From Leidyana gryllorum EB-2025a (taxonomy: Eukaryota; Protista; Apicomplexa): a stretch of 64,000 nt of DNA. The notes beneath the pieces are model-generated. The model ran no database searches, was not told the DNA's origin, and saw only the letters and a list, made by a program, of their open reading frames with translations. Position 1 is the stretch's first letter, and every line of letters starts with the position of its first letter. The translations under genes were made by a program, and so were the position numbers. Shown one piece after another: positions 1-12,664 of the stretch. Where the stretch lies: assembly GCA_048772705.1 (NCBI GenBank), contig JBLWGC010000002.1, positions 186,001-250,000 of the forward strand, written 5' to 3'.

Positions 1-697
1 AACATCGTGCAGAAGTAGTTGGGGCACAGAACTCCGACCACGATGCAGAAAGCGCTGCCAAAGAGCCGCAGCCTGAATGTGAGTGTAGCCGTGGAATGCA
101 GTGTCAGACAGCAGATTCTTTCAGTCCCGCGCCGCGACATTGTAGTCCAAACTTCCCCAGAAATCTCGCAGTATCTGCCGCTCATCCTGAATGGTCAGAG
201 CGCTCATGGAAGTACCGATGAGTCGATGGAAGTGTCAATTGGTGAGTGGGCTGTCGGATTGATCAGTGAATATTGAATCCGCAGTGACCGAAGTGGTGGA
301 GGAACTTGAGGCCGTTGAGGCGGAGAAGAATAGAGTACCGGGCTCTTTGATTTTATGGCCTGAGTCCATTCCGAAGGGTCCCGCGCTCACCACCAATCAT
401 CTTCGATCTGCCCATGACGAAGCCGCTCGTCACGGAAGGAGTCTGATGGGGAGCTGGGCAGACTATCTGGCCGGCCTTGTACCCACTTGGGACGAATTGA
501 AGTTTACGTTCCTTGGAATCTCTGATCTTGGATACAGCCCGGATTTTATGGATGAAGGATTCCTGAGATCAGTGCATCGCTTCCTCAGAGATGGCGGTTT
601 CACTGCGCACGCAATTACTGTGAGCGTGGCACTGATCAGTATTGTCGGTGTGTCCCTTTTGACTGTACGTGCCCGTCATCCCAGCGAGCAGCTGTAG
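1..697 (+). CDS. 3' part of acidic-repeat membrane protein, copy 0 (type B, 5'-truncated by the window edge)
   Basis: Homologous to the last exons of the downstream copies; intron 242-284 (gtgagt..ccgcag); hydrophobic C-terminus AITVSVALISIVGVSLLTV. Confidence 0.8.
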
Positions 698-758
698 TGA
701 CAGGTGTGTCCCTTTTGACTGTACGTGCCTGTCATCCCAGCGAGCAGCTGTAGTGACA
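647..758 (+). repeat. 56-bp tandem duplication spanning the stop codon, present in every unit
   Basis: ggtgtgtcccttttgactgtacgtgcc(c/t)gtcatcccagcgagcagctgtagtgaca at 647-702 and 703-758; equivalent pairs in all copies. Confidence 0.95.
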
Positions 759-1534
759 TCAACTGACGTTCATAAAGTGTGTGTATATTTAATAATTTCG
801 ACTCCGAACGAAGTAGTTAAACACCTTCGAACACATTGTCAATACCCTCATTGCGAACGACCAGAGTGACTTCTGGACTGTTCTGAAGGGTTTTATAACC
901 TTGACTGTGTCGAGCAAACCACTACTACCCCGTACCAACCACAGTAGCTCCTACCGAGCCGGCAACGACCGCTGCTGCCACTCAGCCCACCGGACAGTCA
1001 GCGCCGTTGGCACCACTCAGCTGCTTCCTTCGGGCACGGACGAGTGAGAGAAACCCACTATTTGCGACGAAGATGTCTTAATCATAATCGGGTTTGAACC
1101 CGCTCATCTCAACGTTGTTGTCAATGGGCGCCAAATCGCCGAGCTTTGGATGTGCACTACCATGTTGCGAATCTGATCGTATTATCAGCTACTTTACCAT
1201 CCATTATCGTCATCAATGAGACCTACGTACTACTTTATCGTTGCCGCACACGTTCGCAAACTAAGCAGACACACGGTTTCAGCACATACGCACACCAAAC
1301 AGGACTGTTGGTACAGCCAAACGACTTCTTTTGGCTTTGTACCACACAGATTCACCTCATGTCAGCCCCTCAAGTTCATTTCGGGAGTTTGGAAGAAGTA
1401 TGGCTGACCGATGGATTAAGAATTTAATGGATTGATCTATCAAATCTTATTGATTGATTATTGGGGCAGATCGTAGAGATGGGTGAACGTATCAGTAGGG
1501 AAACCTTGGAACTAGAAGTGGAACCGAAGTGCCG

Positions 1535-3457
1535 ATGATGATGATGAACACATCAGTGCTTGGAGCTATTTCTATCTTCATGAGCGCCACCGCCGAAGGC
1601 AACACTATTGTTATGCCGTACATGGACTATGAAATCGTATTCGAGAACCTCGAGAATGTTGTCCGCCCTACAGCTCAAACACACGTACAACCTAAAGTCT
1701 TTCCTGGTACGTACAAATCTACATTCCACACACCACTCTTTCAACTTACAGGAAACCTCAAAATACGTGATCGTACATCCCATATGTCCTTCAGTCTCCC
1801 CCTGGAGACAGAGATGACGCTATTACGTCGTTTGACCAATCAACCTCTTTTGGTCGTTGGATCGTACGAAGATGCCGACTTGGCCGCTTGGCCCGAGCAA
1901 AATATAGTTGAAGAATGTAAGTTTGTCTAACAGGACATGTTCCCATGCTACGATCAGTGGAGGAAAATGCTGTGCTGCCTGTCGAATCTCAAGGCGAAGA
2001 GCAGTTGGATGGATTCGCTGATGAAGAAAATGTTCTGCTCGCCGTCACCCCGGACGAAGAGCAGTTGGATGGATTCGCTGATGCAGGAAATGTTGTGCTC
2101 TCTGTTACTCTGGACGAAGAGCAGTTGGATGGATTCGCTGTTGAGGAGATCGCTTTTTTGCCGGCCGAATCAATTGCTGAGGAGGAAATCAATGAACCCG
2201 CTGACGAGTTGGTCGAAGATGAGAAGTTCAACGGGTTCGTTGTTGAAGCCGATGCTCTCACCCTGGAATCCGACGCGGAGGAGCAATTGGACGGATTCGT
2301 TGTCGCAGAAAATGCTGCTGGAGCCATCGAAGCCAGCAGCGAGGAGGAGGTGAATGGATCGATTGTTGAACAGAATATTGTACTACCGATCGGATCGGAC
2401 GAAGAGCATCTGGACGGTTTTGCTGTTCTTGTGGAGTCCAACGAGGGGGAGCAGTTGGACGAAATCGCTTATGAGGAGGAGGCTATCGTTTCAGTCGAGT
2501 CAAACGACGACGACGAAGCCCAGTTGGATGGGTTCTCGGTTGGGGAACCCGCGAACGCTGCGGTAGAGAAGATACCCAGCGACATCGAAAGCAGTGATGG
2601 TGAGGAAGATCAGCCGTTACACGCAATATCCCGTCCTTTTTCAGTCGACACCTTTGAAGCTCCTTTGTTAGACATCATTGCTGATGCTGAACCCACTGCA
2701 TCAGAAGAAACAGTTAGTGGTCAGTCCGCCCTCATCGACAGCGAAGGTAGGCACGCGCAGTTTCTTCGAATTCAACATCGCGCAGAAGTCGTTGGGGCAC
2801 AGAACTCCGACCACGATGCAGAAAGCGCTGCCAAAGAGCCGCAGCCTGAATGTGAGTGTAGCCGTGGAATGCAGTGTCAGACAGCAGATTCTTTCAGTCC
2901 CGCGCCGTCACACCGATATTATATTCCAAACTTCTCCAGAAATCTCGCACTACCTGCCGCTCATCCCGAATGGTCAGCGCGCTCATGGAAGTACCGATGG
3001 GTCGATGGAAGTGTCAGTTGATAAGTGGGTTGTCGCCGCAGTGACCGAAGTGGTGGAGGCACTTGAGGCCGTTGAGGCGGAGAAGAATAGAGTACCGGTG
3101 GTTTCTGAGATTGTGTTCCCCGAGCCCATTCCGAAGGGCCCCGCGCTCACCATCAATCATCTTCGATCTGCCCGTGACGAAGTCGCTCGTCACGAAAGGA
3201 GTCTGATGGGGAGCTGGGCAGACTATCTGGCCGGCCTTGTACCCACTTGGGACGAATTGAAGTCCACGTTCCTTGGAATCTCTGATCTCGAATACAGCCC
3301 GGATGCTATGGATGGAGGATTCCTGAGATCAGCGAGTCGTTTCCTCAGAAATGGCGGTTTCACTCAGAACGTAATTATTTTGAGTGTGGCAGTGATCAGT
3401 GTTGCCGGTGTGTCCCTTTTGACTGTACGTGCCTGTCATCCCAGCGAGCAGCTGTAG
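1535..3457 (+). CDS. Signal-peptide, acidic-repeat, single-pass membrane protein (~568 aa), copy 1 (type A)
   Basis: Exons 1535-1706, 1752-1916, 1958-2599, 2645-2746, 2786-2851, 2898-3457 join in frame through GT-AG introns of 45, 41, 45, 39 and 46 nt. N-terminus MMMMNTSVLGAISIFMSATAEG is signal-like; EEQLDGF repeats; C-terminal TM VIILSVAVISVAGVSLLTV. Confidence 0.8.
1995..2150 (+). repeat. 60-bp coding repeat x3 (EEQLDGFA units), with further degenerate copies downstream in the exon
   Basis: 'cgaagagcagttggatggattcgctg' at 1995, 2055 and 2115. Confidence 0.9.
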
Positions 3458-3609
3458 TGACAGGTGTGTCCCTTTTGACTGTACGTGCCTGTCATCCCAG
3501 CAAGCAGCTGTAGTGACATCAACTGACGTTCATAAAGTGTGTGTATATTTAATAATTTCGACTCCGAACGAAGTAGTTAAACACGTTCGAACACATTGTC
3601 AATATCCTC

Positions 3610-3950
3610 ATTGCGAACGACCAGAGTGATTTCTGGACTGTTCTGGAGGGTTTTATCGCTTAAATCGAGAACCTTGAGTGTGTCGAGCACACCACTACTA
3701 CCCCCGTACCAACCACAGTAGCTCCCACCGAGCCGGCAACGACCGCTGCTGCCAGTCAGCCCACCGAACAGTCAGCGCCGTTGGCACCACTCAGCTGCTT
3801 CCTTCGGGCACGGACGAGTGAGAAAAACCCACTATTTGCGACGAAGATGTCTTAATCATAATCGAGTTTGAACCCGCTCATCTCAACGTTGTTGTCAATG
3901 GGCGTCAAATCGCCGAGCTTTGGATGTGCACTACCATGTTGCGAACCTAA
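3610..3950 (+). pseudogene. Decayed fragment of a Thr/Pro-rich, possibly vWA-flanked, gene in each spacer
   Basis: Consensus across copies reads IANDQSDFWTVLEGFIAEIENLDCVEQTTTTPVPTTVAPTEPATTAAATQPT. Individual copies carry different lesions (TAA for GAA, 13-nt deletion, C5 to C4). Confidence 0.5.
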
Positions 3951-4308
3951 TCGTATTATCAGCTACTTTACCATCCATTATCGTCATCAATGAGACCTAC
4001 GTACTACTTTATCGTTGCCGCACACGTTCGCAAACTAAGCAGACACACGGTTTCAGCACACACGCACACCAAACAGGACTGTTGGTACAGCCAAACGACT
4101 TCTGGTGGCTTTGTACCACACAGATTCACCTCATGTCAGCCCCTCAAGTTCATTTCGGGAGTTTGGAAGAAGTATGGCTGACCGATGGATTAAGAATTTA
4201 ATGGATTGATCTATCAAATCTTATTGATTGATTATTGGGGCAGATCGTAGAGATGGGTGAACGTATCAGTAGGGAAACCTTGGAACTAGAAGTGGAACCG
4301 AAGTGCCG

Positions 4309-6247
4309 ATGATGATGATGAAGACATCAGTGCTTGGAGCTATTTCTATGATCATGAGCGCCACCGCCGAAGGCAACACTATTGTTATGCCGTACATGGA
4401 CTATGAAATCGTATTCGAGAACCTCGAGAATGTTGTCCGCCCTACAGCTCAAACACACGTACAACCTAAAGTCTTTCCTGGTACGTACAAATCTACATTC
4501 CACACACCACTCTTTCAACTTACAGGAAACCTCAAAATACGTGATCGTACATCCCATATGTCCTTCAGTCTCCCCCTGGAGACAGAGATGACGCTATTAC
4601 GTCGTTTGACCAATCAACCTCTTTTGGTCGTTGGATCGTACGAAGATGCCGACTTGGCCGCTTGGCCCGAGCAAACTATAGTTGAAGAATGTAAGTTTGT
4701 CTAACAGGACATGTTCCCATGCTACGATCAGTGGAGGAAAATGCTGTTCTGCCTGTCGAATCTCAAGGCGAAGAGCAGTTGGATGGATTCGCTGATGAAG
4801 AAAATGTTCTGCTCGCCGTCACCCCGGACGAAGAGCAGTTGGATGTATTCGCTGATGCAGGAAATGTTGTGCTCCCCGTCACCCCGGACGAAGAGCAGTT
4901 GGATGGATTCGCTGTTGAGGAAATCGCGTTTTTGCCGGCCGAACCAATTGCTGAGGAGGAAATCAATGAACCCGCTGACGAGTTGGTCGAAGATGAGAAG
5001 TTCAACGGGTTCGTTGTTGAAGCCGATGCTCTCACCCTGGAATCCGACGCGGAGGAGCAATTGGACGGATTCGTTGTCGCAGAAAATGCTGCTGGAGCCA
5101 TCGAAGCCAGCAGCGAGGAGGAGGTGAATGGATCGATTGTTGAACAGAATATTGTACTACCGATCGGATCGGACGAAGAGCATCTGGACGGTTTTGCTGT
5201 TCTTGTGGAGTCCAACGAGGGGGAGCAGTTGGACGAAATCGCTTATGAGGAGGAGGCTATCGTTTCAGTCGAGTCAAACGACGACGACGAAGCCCAGTTG
5301 GATGGGTTCTCGGTTGAGGAACCCGCGAACGCTGCGGTAGAGAAGATACCCAGCGACATCGAAAGCAGTGATGGTGAGGAAGATCAGCCGTTACACGCAA
5401 TATCCCGTCCTTTTTCAGTCGACACCTTTGAAGCTCCTTTGTTAGACATCATTGCTGATGCTGAACCCACTGCATCAGAAGAAACAGTTAGTGGTCAGTC
5501 CGCCCTCATCGACACCGAAGGTACGCACGCGCAGTTTCTTCGAATTCAACATCGCGCAGAAGTCGTTGGGGCACAGAACTCCGACCACGATGCAGAAAGC
5601 GCTGCCAAAGAGCCGCAGCCTGAATGTGAGTGTAGCCGTGGAATGCACTGTCAGACAGCAGATTCTTTCAGTCCCGCGCCGCGACATTATAGTCCAAACT
5701 TCCCCAGAAATCTCCCAGTATCTGCCGCTCATCCTGAATGGTCAGAGCGCTCATGGAAGTACCGATGAGTCGATGGAAGTGTCAATTGGTGAGTGGGCTG
5801 TCGGATTGATCAGTGAATATTGAACCCGCAGTGACCGAAGTGGTGGAGGCACCTGAGGCCGTTGAGGCGGAGAAGAATAGAGTACCGGTGGTTTCTGAGA
5901 TTGTGTTCCCCGAGCCCATTCCGAAGGGCCCCGCGCTCACCATCAATCATCTTCGATCTGCCCATGACGAAGCCGCTCGTCACGGAAGGAGTCTGATGGG
6001 GAGCTGGGCAGACTATCTGGCCGGCCTTGTACCCACTTGGGACGAATTGAAGTTCACGTTCCTTGGAATCTCTGATCTCGGATACAGCCCGGATGTAATG
6101 GATGAAGGATTCCTGAGATCAGCGCGTCGCTTCCTCAAAAATGGCGGTTTCACTCAGAACGTAATTATTGTGAGCGTGGCAGTGATCAGTGTTGCCGGTG
6201 TGTCCCTTTTGACTGTACGTGCCTGTCATCCCAGCGAGCAGCTGTAG
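4309..6247 (+). CDS. Acidic-repeat membrane protein, copy 2 (type B, extra intron 5789-5831)
   Basis: Same exon structure as copy 1 plus a 43-nt gtgagt..ccgcag intron that restores frame into the TM exon. Confidence 0.8.
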
Positions 6248-7098
6248 TGACAGGTGTGTCCCTTTTGACTGTACGTGCCTGTCATCCCAGCAAGCAGCTG
6301 TAGTGACATCAACTGACGTTCATAAAGTGTGTGTATATTTAATAATTTCGACTCCGAACGAAGTAGTTAAACATGTTCGAACACATTGTCAATATCCTCA
6401 TTGCGAACGACCAGAGTGATTTCTGGACTGTTCTGGAGGGTTTTATCGCTTAAATCGAGAACCTTGAGTGTGTCGAGCACACCACTACTACCCCCGTACC
6501 AACCACAGTAGCTCCCACCGAGCCGGCAACGACCGCTGCTGCCAGTCAGCCCACCGAACAGTCAGCGCCGTTGGCACCACTCAGCTGCTTCCTTCGGGCA
6601 CGGACGAGTGAGAAAAACCCACTATTTGCGACGAAGATGTCTTAATCATAATCGAGTTTGAACCCGCTCATCTCAACGTTGTTGTCAATGGGCGTCAAAT
6701 CGCCGAGCTTTGGATGTGCACTACCATGTTGCGAACCTAATCGTATTATCAGCTACTTTACCATCCATTATCGTCATCAATGAGACCTACGTACTACTTT
6801 ATCGTTGCCGCACACGTTCGCAAACTAAGCAGACACACGGTTTCAGCACACACGCACACCAAACAGGACTGTTGGTACAGCCAAACGACTTCTGGTGGCT
6901 TTGTACCACACAGATTCACCTCATGTCAGCCCCTCAAGTTCATTTCGGGAGTTTGGAAGAAGTATGGCTGACCGATGGATTAAGAATTTAATGGATTGAT
7001 CTATCAAATCTTATTGATTGATTATTGGGGCAGATCGTAGAGATGGGTGAACGTATCAGTAGGGAAACCTTGGAACTAGAAGTGGAACCGAAGTGCCG

Positions 7099-9024
7099 AT
7101 GATGATGATGAAGACATCAGTGCTTGGAGCTATTTCTATGATCATGAGCGCCACCGCCGAAGGCAACACTATTGTTATGCCGTACATGGACTATGAAATC
7201 GTATTCGAGAACCTCGAGAATGTTGTCCGCCCTACAGCTCAAACACACGTACAACCTAAAGTCTTTCCTGGTACGTACAAATCTACATTCCACACACCAC
7301 TCTTTCAACTTACAGGAAACCTCAAAATACGTGATCGTACATCCCATATGTCCTTCAGTCTCCCCCTGGAGACAGAGATGACGCTATTACGTCGTTTGAC
7401 CAATCAACCTCTTTTGGTCGTTGGATCGTACGAAGATGCCGACTTGGCCGCTTGGCCCGAGCAAAATATAGTTGAAGAATGTAAGTTTGTCTAACAGGAC
7501 ATGTTCCCATGCTACGATCAGTGGAGGAAAATGCTGTGCTGCCTGTCGAATCTCAAGGCGAAGAGCAGTTGGATGGATTCGCTGATGAAGAAAATGTTCT
7601 GCTCGCCGTCACCCCGGACGAAGAGCAGTTGGATGGATTCGCTGATGCAGGAAATGTTGTGCTCTCTGTTACTCTGGACGAAGAGCAGTTGGATGGATTC
7701 GCTGTTGAGGAGATCGCTTTTTTGCCGGCCGAATCAATTGCTGAGGAGGAGGAAATCAATGAACCCGCTGACGAGTTGGTCGAAGATGAGAAGTTCAACG
7801 GGTTCGCTGTTGAAGCCGATGCTCTCACCCTGGAATTCGACGCGGAGGAGCAATTGGACGGATTCGTTGTCGCAGAAAATGCTGCTGAAGCCATCGAAGC
7901 CAGCAGCGAGGAGGAGGTGAATGGATCGATTGTTGAACAGAATATTGTACTACCGATCGGATCGGACGAAGAGCATCTGGACGGTTTTGCTGTTCTTGTG
8001 GAGTCCAACGAGGGGGAGCAGTTGGACGAAATCGCTTATGAGGAGGAGGCTGTCGTTTCAGTCGAGTCAAACGACGACGACGAAGCCCAGTTGGATGGGT
8101 TCTCGGTTGAGGAACCCGCGAACGCTGCGGTAGAGAAGGTACCCAGCGACATCGAAAGCAGTGATGGTGAGGAAGATCAGCCGTTACACGCAATATCCCG
8201 TCCTTTTTCAGTCGACACCTTTGAAGCTCCTTTGTTAGACATCATTGCTGATGCTGAACCCACTGCATCAGAAGAAACAGTTAGTGGTCAGTCCGCCCTC
8301 ATCGACAGCGAAGGTAGGCACGCGCAGTTTCTTCGAATTCAACATCGCGCAGAAGTCGTTGGGGCACAGAACTCCGACCACGATGCAGAAAGCGCTGCCA
8401 AAGAGCCGCAGCCTGAATGTGAGTGTAGCCGTGGAATGCAGTGTCAGACAGCAGATTCTTTCAGTCCCGCGCCGTCACACCGATATTATATTCCAAACTT
8501 CTCCAGAAATCTCGCACTACCTGCCGCTCATCCCGAATGGTCAGCGCGCTCATGGAAGTACCGATGGGTCGATGGAAGTGTCAGTTGATAAGTGGGTTGT
8601 CGCCGCAGTGACCGAAGTGGTGGAGGCACTTGAGGCCGTTGAGGCGGAGAAGAATAGAGTACCGGTGGTTTCTGAGATTGTGTTCCCCGAGCCCATTCCG
8701 AAGGGCCCCGCGCTCACCATCAATCATCTTCGATCTGCCCGTGACGAAGTCGCTCGTCACGAAAGGAGTCTGATGGGGAGCTGGGCAGACTATCTGGCCG
8801 GCCTTGTACCCACTTGGGACGAATTGAAGTCCACGTTCCTTGGAATCTCTGATCTCGAATACAGCCCGGATGCTATGGATGGAGGATTCCTGAGATCAGC
8901 GAGTCGTTTCCTCAGAAATGGCGGTTTCACTCAGAACGTAATTATTTTGAGTGTGGCAGTGATCAGTGTTGCCGGTGTGTCCCTTTTGACTGTACGTGCC
9001 TGTCATGCCAGCGAGCAGCTGTAG
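7099..9024 (+). CDS. Acidic-repeat membrane protein, copy 3 (type A)
   Basis: Nearly identical to copy 1 from the acidic exon onward; one extra Glu codon (AEEEEINE). Confidence 0.8.
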
Positions 9025-9875
9025 TGACAGGTGTGTCCCTTTTGACTGTATGTGCCTGTCATCCCAGCGAGCAGCTGTAGTGACATCAACTGACGTTCAT
9101 AAAGTGTGTGTATATTTAATAATTTCGACTCCGAACGAAGTAGTTAAACACGTTCGAACACATTGTCAATATCCTCATTGCGAACGACCAGAGTGATTTC
9201 TGGACTGTTCTGGAGGGTTTTATCGCTTAAATCGAGAACCTTGAGTGTGTCGAGCAAACCACTACTACCCCCGTACCAACCACAGTAGCTCCCACCGAGT
9301 CGGCAACGACCGCTGCTGCCACTCAGCCCACCGAACAGTCAGCGCCGTTGGCACCACTCAGCTGCTTCCTTCGGGCACGGACGAGTGAGAAAAACCCACT
9401 ATTTGCGACGAAGATGTCTTAATCATAATCGGGTTTGAACCCGCTCATCTCAACGTTGTTGTCAATGGGCGTCAAATCGCCGAGCTTTGGATGTGCACTA
9501 CCATCTTGCGAACCTAATCGTATTATCAGCTACTTTACCATCCATTATCGTCATCAATGAGACCTACGTACTACTTTATCGTTGCCGCACACGTTCGCAA
9601 ACTAAGCAGACACACGGTTTCAGCACACACGCACACCAAATTGGACTGTTGGTACAGCCAAACGACTTCTGGTGGCTTTGTACCACACAGATTCACCTCA
9701 TGTCAGCCCCTCAAGTTCATTTCGGGAGTTTGGAAGAAGTATGGCTGACCGATGAATTAAGAATTTAATGGATTGATCTATCAAATCTTATTGATTGATT
9801 ATTGGGGCAGATCGTAGAGATGGGTGAACGTATCAGTAGGGAAACCTTGGAACTAGAAGTGGAACCGAAGTGCCG

Positions 9876-11814
9876 ATGATGATGATGAAGACATCAGTGC
9901 TTGGAGCTATTTCTATGATCATGAGCGCCACCGCCGAAGGCAACACTATTGTTATGCCGTACATGGACTATGAAATCGTATTCGAGAACCTCGAGAATGT
10001 TGTCCGCCCTACAGCTCAAACACACGTACAACCTAAAGTCTTTCCTGGTACGTACAAATCTACATTCCACACACCACTCTTTCAACTTACAGGAAACCTC
10101 AAAATACGTGATCGTACATCCCATATGTCCTTCAGTCTCCCCCTGGAGACAGAGATGACGCTATTACGTCGTTTGACCAATCAACCTCTTTTGGTCGTTG
10201 GATCGTACGAAGATGCCGACTTGGCCGCTTGGCCCGAGCAAAATATAGTTGAAGAATGTAAGTTTGTCTAACAGGACATGTTCCCATGCTACGATCAGTG
10301 GAGGAAAATGCTGTTCTGCCTGTCGAATCTCAAGGCGAAGAGCAGTTGGATGGATTCGCTGATGAAGAAAATGTTCTGCTCGCCGTCACCCCGGACGAAG
10401 AGCAGTTGGATGTATTCGCTGATGCAGGAAATGTTGTGCTCCCCGTCACCCCGGACGAAGAGCAGTTGGATGGATTCGCTGTTGAGGAAATCGCGTTTTT
10501 GCCGGCCGAACCAATTGCTGAGGAGGAAATCAATGAACCCGCTGACGAGTTGGTCGAAGATGAGAAGTTCAACGGGTTCGTTGTTGAAGCCGATGCTCTC
10601 ACCCTGGAATCCGACGCGGAGGAGCAATTGGACGGATTCGTTGTCGCAGAAAATGCTGCTGGAGCCATCGAAGCCAGCAGCGAGGAGGAGGTGAATGGAT
10701 CGATTGTTGAACAGAATATTGTACTACCGATCGGATCGGACGAAGAGCATCTGGACGGTTTTGCTGTTCTTGTGGAGTCCAACGAGGGGGAGCAGTTGGA
10801 GGAAATCGCTTATGAGGAGGAGGCTATCGTTTCAGTCGAGTCAAACGACGACGACGAAGCCCAGTTGGATGGGTTCTCGGTTGGGGAACCCGCGAACGCT
10901 GCGGTAGAGAAGATACCCAGCGACATCGAAAGCAGTGATGGTGAGGAAGATCAGCCGTTACACGCAATATCCCGTCCTTTTTCAGTCGACACCTTTGAAG
11001 CTCCTTTGTTAGACATCATCGCTGATGCTGAACCCACTGCATCAGAAGAAACAGTTAGTGGTCAGTCCGCCCTCATCGACACCGAAGGTACGCACGCGCA
11101 GTTTCTTCGAATTCAACATCGCGCAGAAGTCGTTGGGGCACAGAACTCCGACCACGATGCAGAAAGCGCTGCCAAAGAGCCGCAGCCTGAATGTGAGTGT
11201 AGCCGTGGAATGCACTGTCAGACAGCAGATTCTTTCAGTCCCGCGCCGCGACATTATAGTCCAAACTTCCCCAGAAATCTCCCAGTATCTGCCGCTCATC
11301 CTGAATGGTCAGAGCGCTCATGGAAGTACCGATGAGTCGATGGAAGTGTCAATTGGTGAGTGGGCTGTCGGATTGATGAGTGAATATTGAACCCGCAGTG
11401 ACCGAAGTGGTGGAGGCACCTGAGGCCGTTGAGGCGGAGAAGAATAGAGTACCGGTGGTTTCTGAGATTGTGTTCCCCGAGCCCATTCCGAAGGGCCCCG
11501 CGCTCACCATCAATCATCTTCGATCTGCCCATGACGAAGCCGCTCGTCACGGAAGGAGTCTGATGGGGAGCTGGGCAGACTATCTGGCCGGCCTTGTACC
11601 CACTTGGGACGAATTGAAGTTCACGTTCCTTGGAATCTCTGATCTCGGATACAGCCCGGATGTAATGGATGAAGGATTCCTGAGATCAGCGCGTCGCTTC
11701 CTCAAAAATGGCGGTTTCACTCAGAACGTAATTATTGTGAGCGTGGCAGTGATCAGTGTTGCCGGTGTGTCCCTTTTGACTGTACGTGCCTGTCATCCCA
11801 GCGAGCAGCTGTAG
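9876..11814 (+). CDS. Acidic-repeat membrane protein, copy 4 (type B, extra intron 11356-11398)
   Basis: Nearly identical to copy 2. Confidence 0.8.
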
Positions 11815-12664
11815 TGACAGGTGTGTCCCTTTTGACTGTACGTGCCTGTCATCCCAGCGAGCAGCTGTAGTGACATCAACTGACGTTCATAAAGTGTGTG
11901 TATATTTAATAATTTCGACTCCGAACGAAGTAGTTAAACACGTTCGAACACATTGTCAATACCCTCATTGCGAACAACCAGAGTGATTTCTGGACTGTTC
12001 TGAAGGGTATTATCGCTGAAATCGAGAACCTTGACTGTGTCGAGCAAACCACTACTACCCCGTACCAACCACAGTAGCTCCTACCGAGCCGGCAACGACC
12101 GCTGCTGCCACTCAGCCCACCGGACAGTCAGCGCCGTTGGCACCACTCAGCTGCTTCCTTCGGGCACGGACGAGTGAGAGAAACCCACTATTTGCGATGA
12201 AGATGTCTTAATCATAATCGGGTTTGAACCCGCTCATCTCAACGTTGTTGTCAATGGGCGCCAAATCGCCGAGCTTTGGATGTGCACTACCATGTTGCGA
12301 ACCTAATCGTATTATCAGCTACTTTACCATCCATTATCGTCATCAATGAGACCTAAGTACTACTTTATCGTTGCCGCACACGTTCGCAAACTACGCAGAC
12401 ACACGGTTTCAGCACACACGCACACCAAACAGGACTGTTGGTACAGCCAAACGACTTCTTTTGGCTTTGTACCACACAGATTCACCTTATGTCGGCCCCT
12501 CAAGTTCATTTCGGGAGTTTGGAAGAGGTATTGCTGACCGATGAATTAAGGATTCAATGGATTGATCTATCAAATATTATTGATCGATTATTGGGGCAGA
12601 TTGTAGAGATGGGTAAATGTATCAGTAGGGAAACCTTGGAACTAGAAGTGGAACCGAAGTGCCG

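Noticed and set aside
669-1427. Small ORFs (66, 93, 63 aa) repeated in each unit as real genes
   Set aside because: Recurrence simply reflects recent DNA duplication. Some lack ATG starts, and the 93-aa ORF is broken in the last unit.
1995-2540. 60-bp repeats as a CRISPR array, or QLDGF as a beta-clamp/PIP/LIR motif
   Set aside because: Eukaryotic coding repeats with related 'spacers' and no cas genes. The domain is predicted luminal or extracellular, and most copies do not fit the LIR or PIP consensus.
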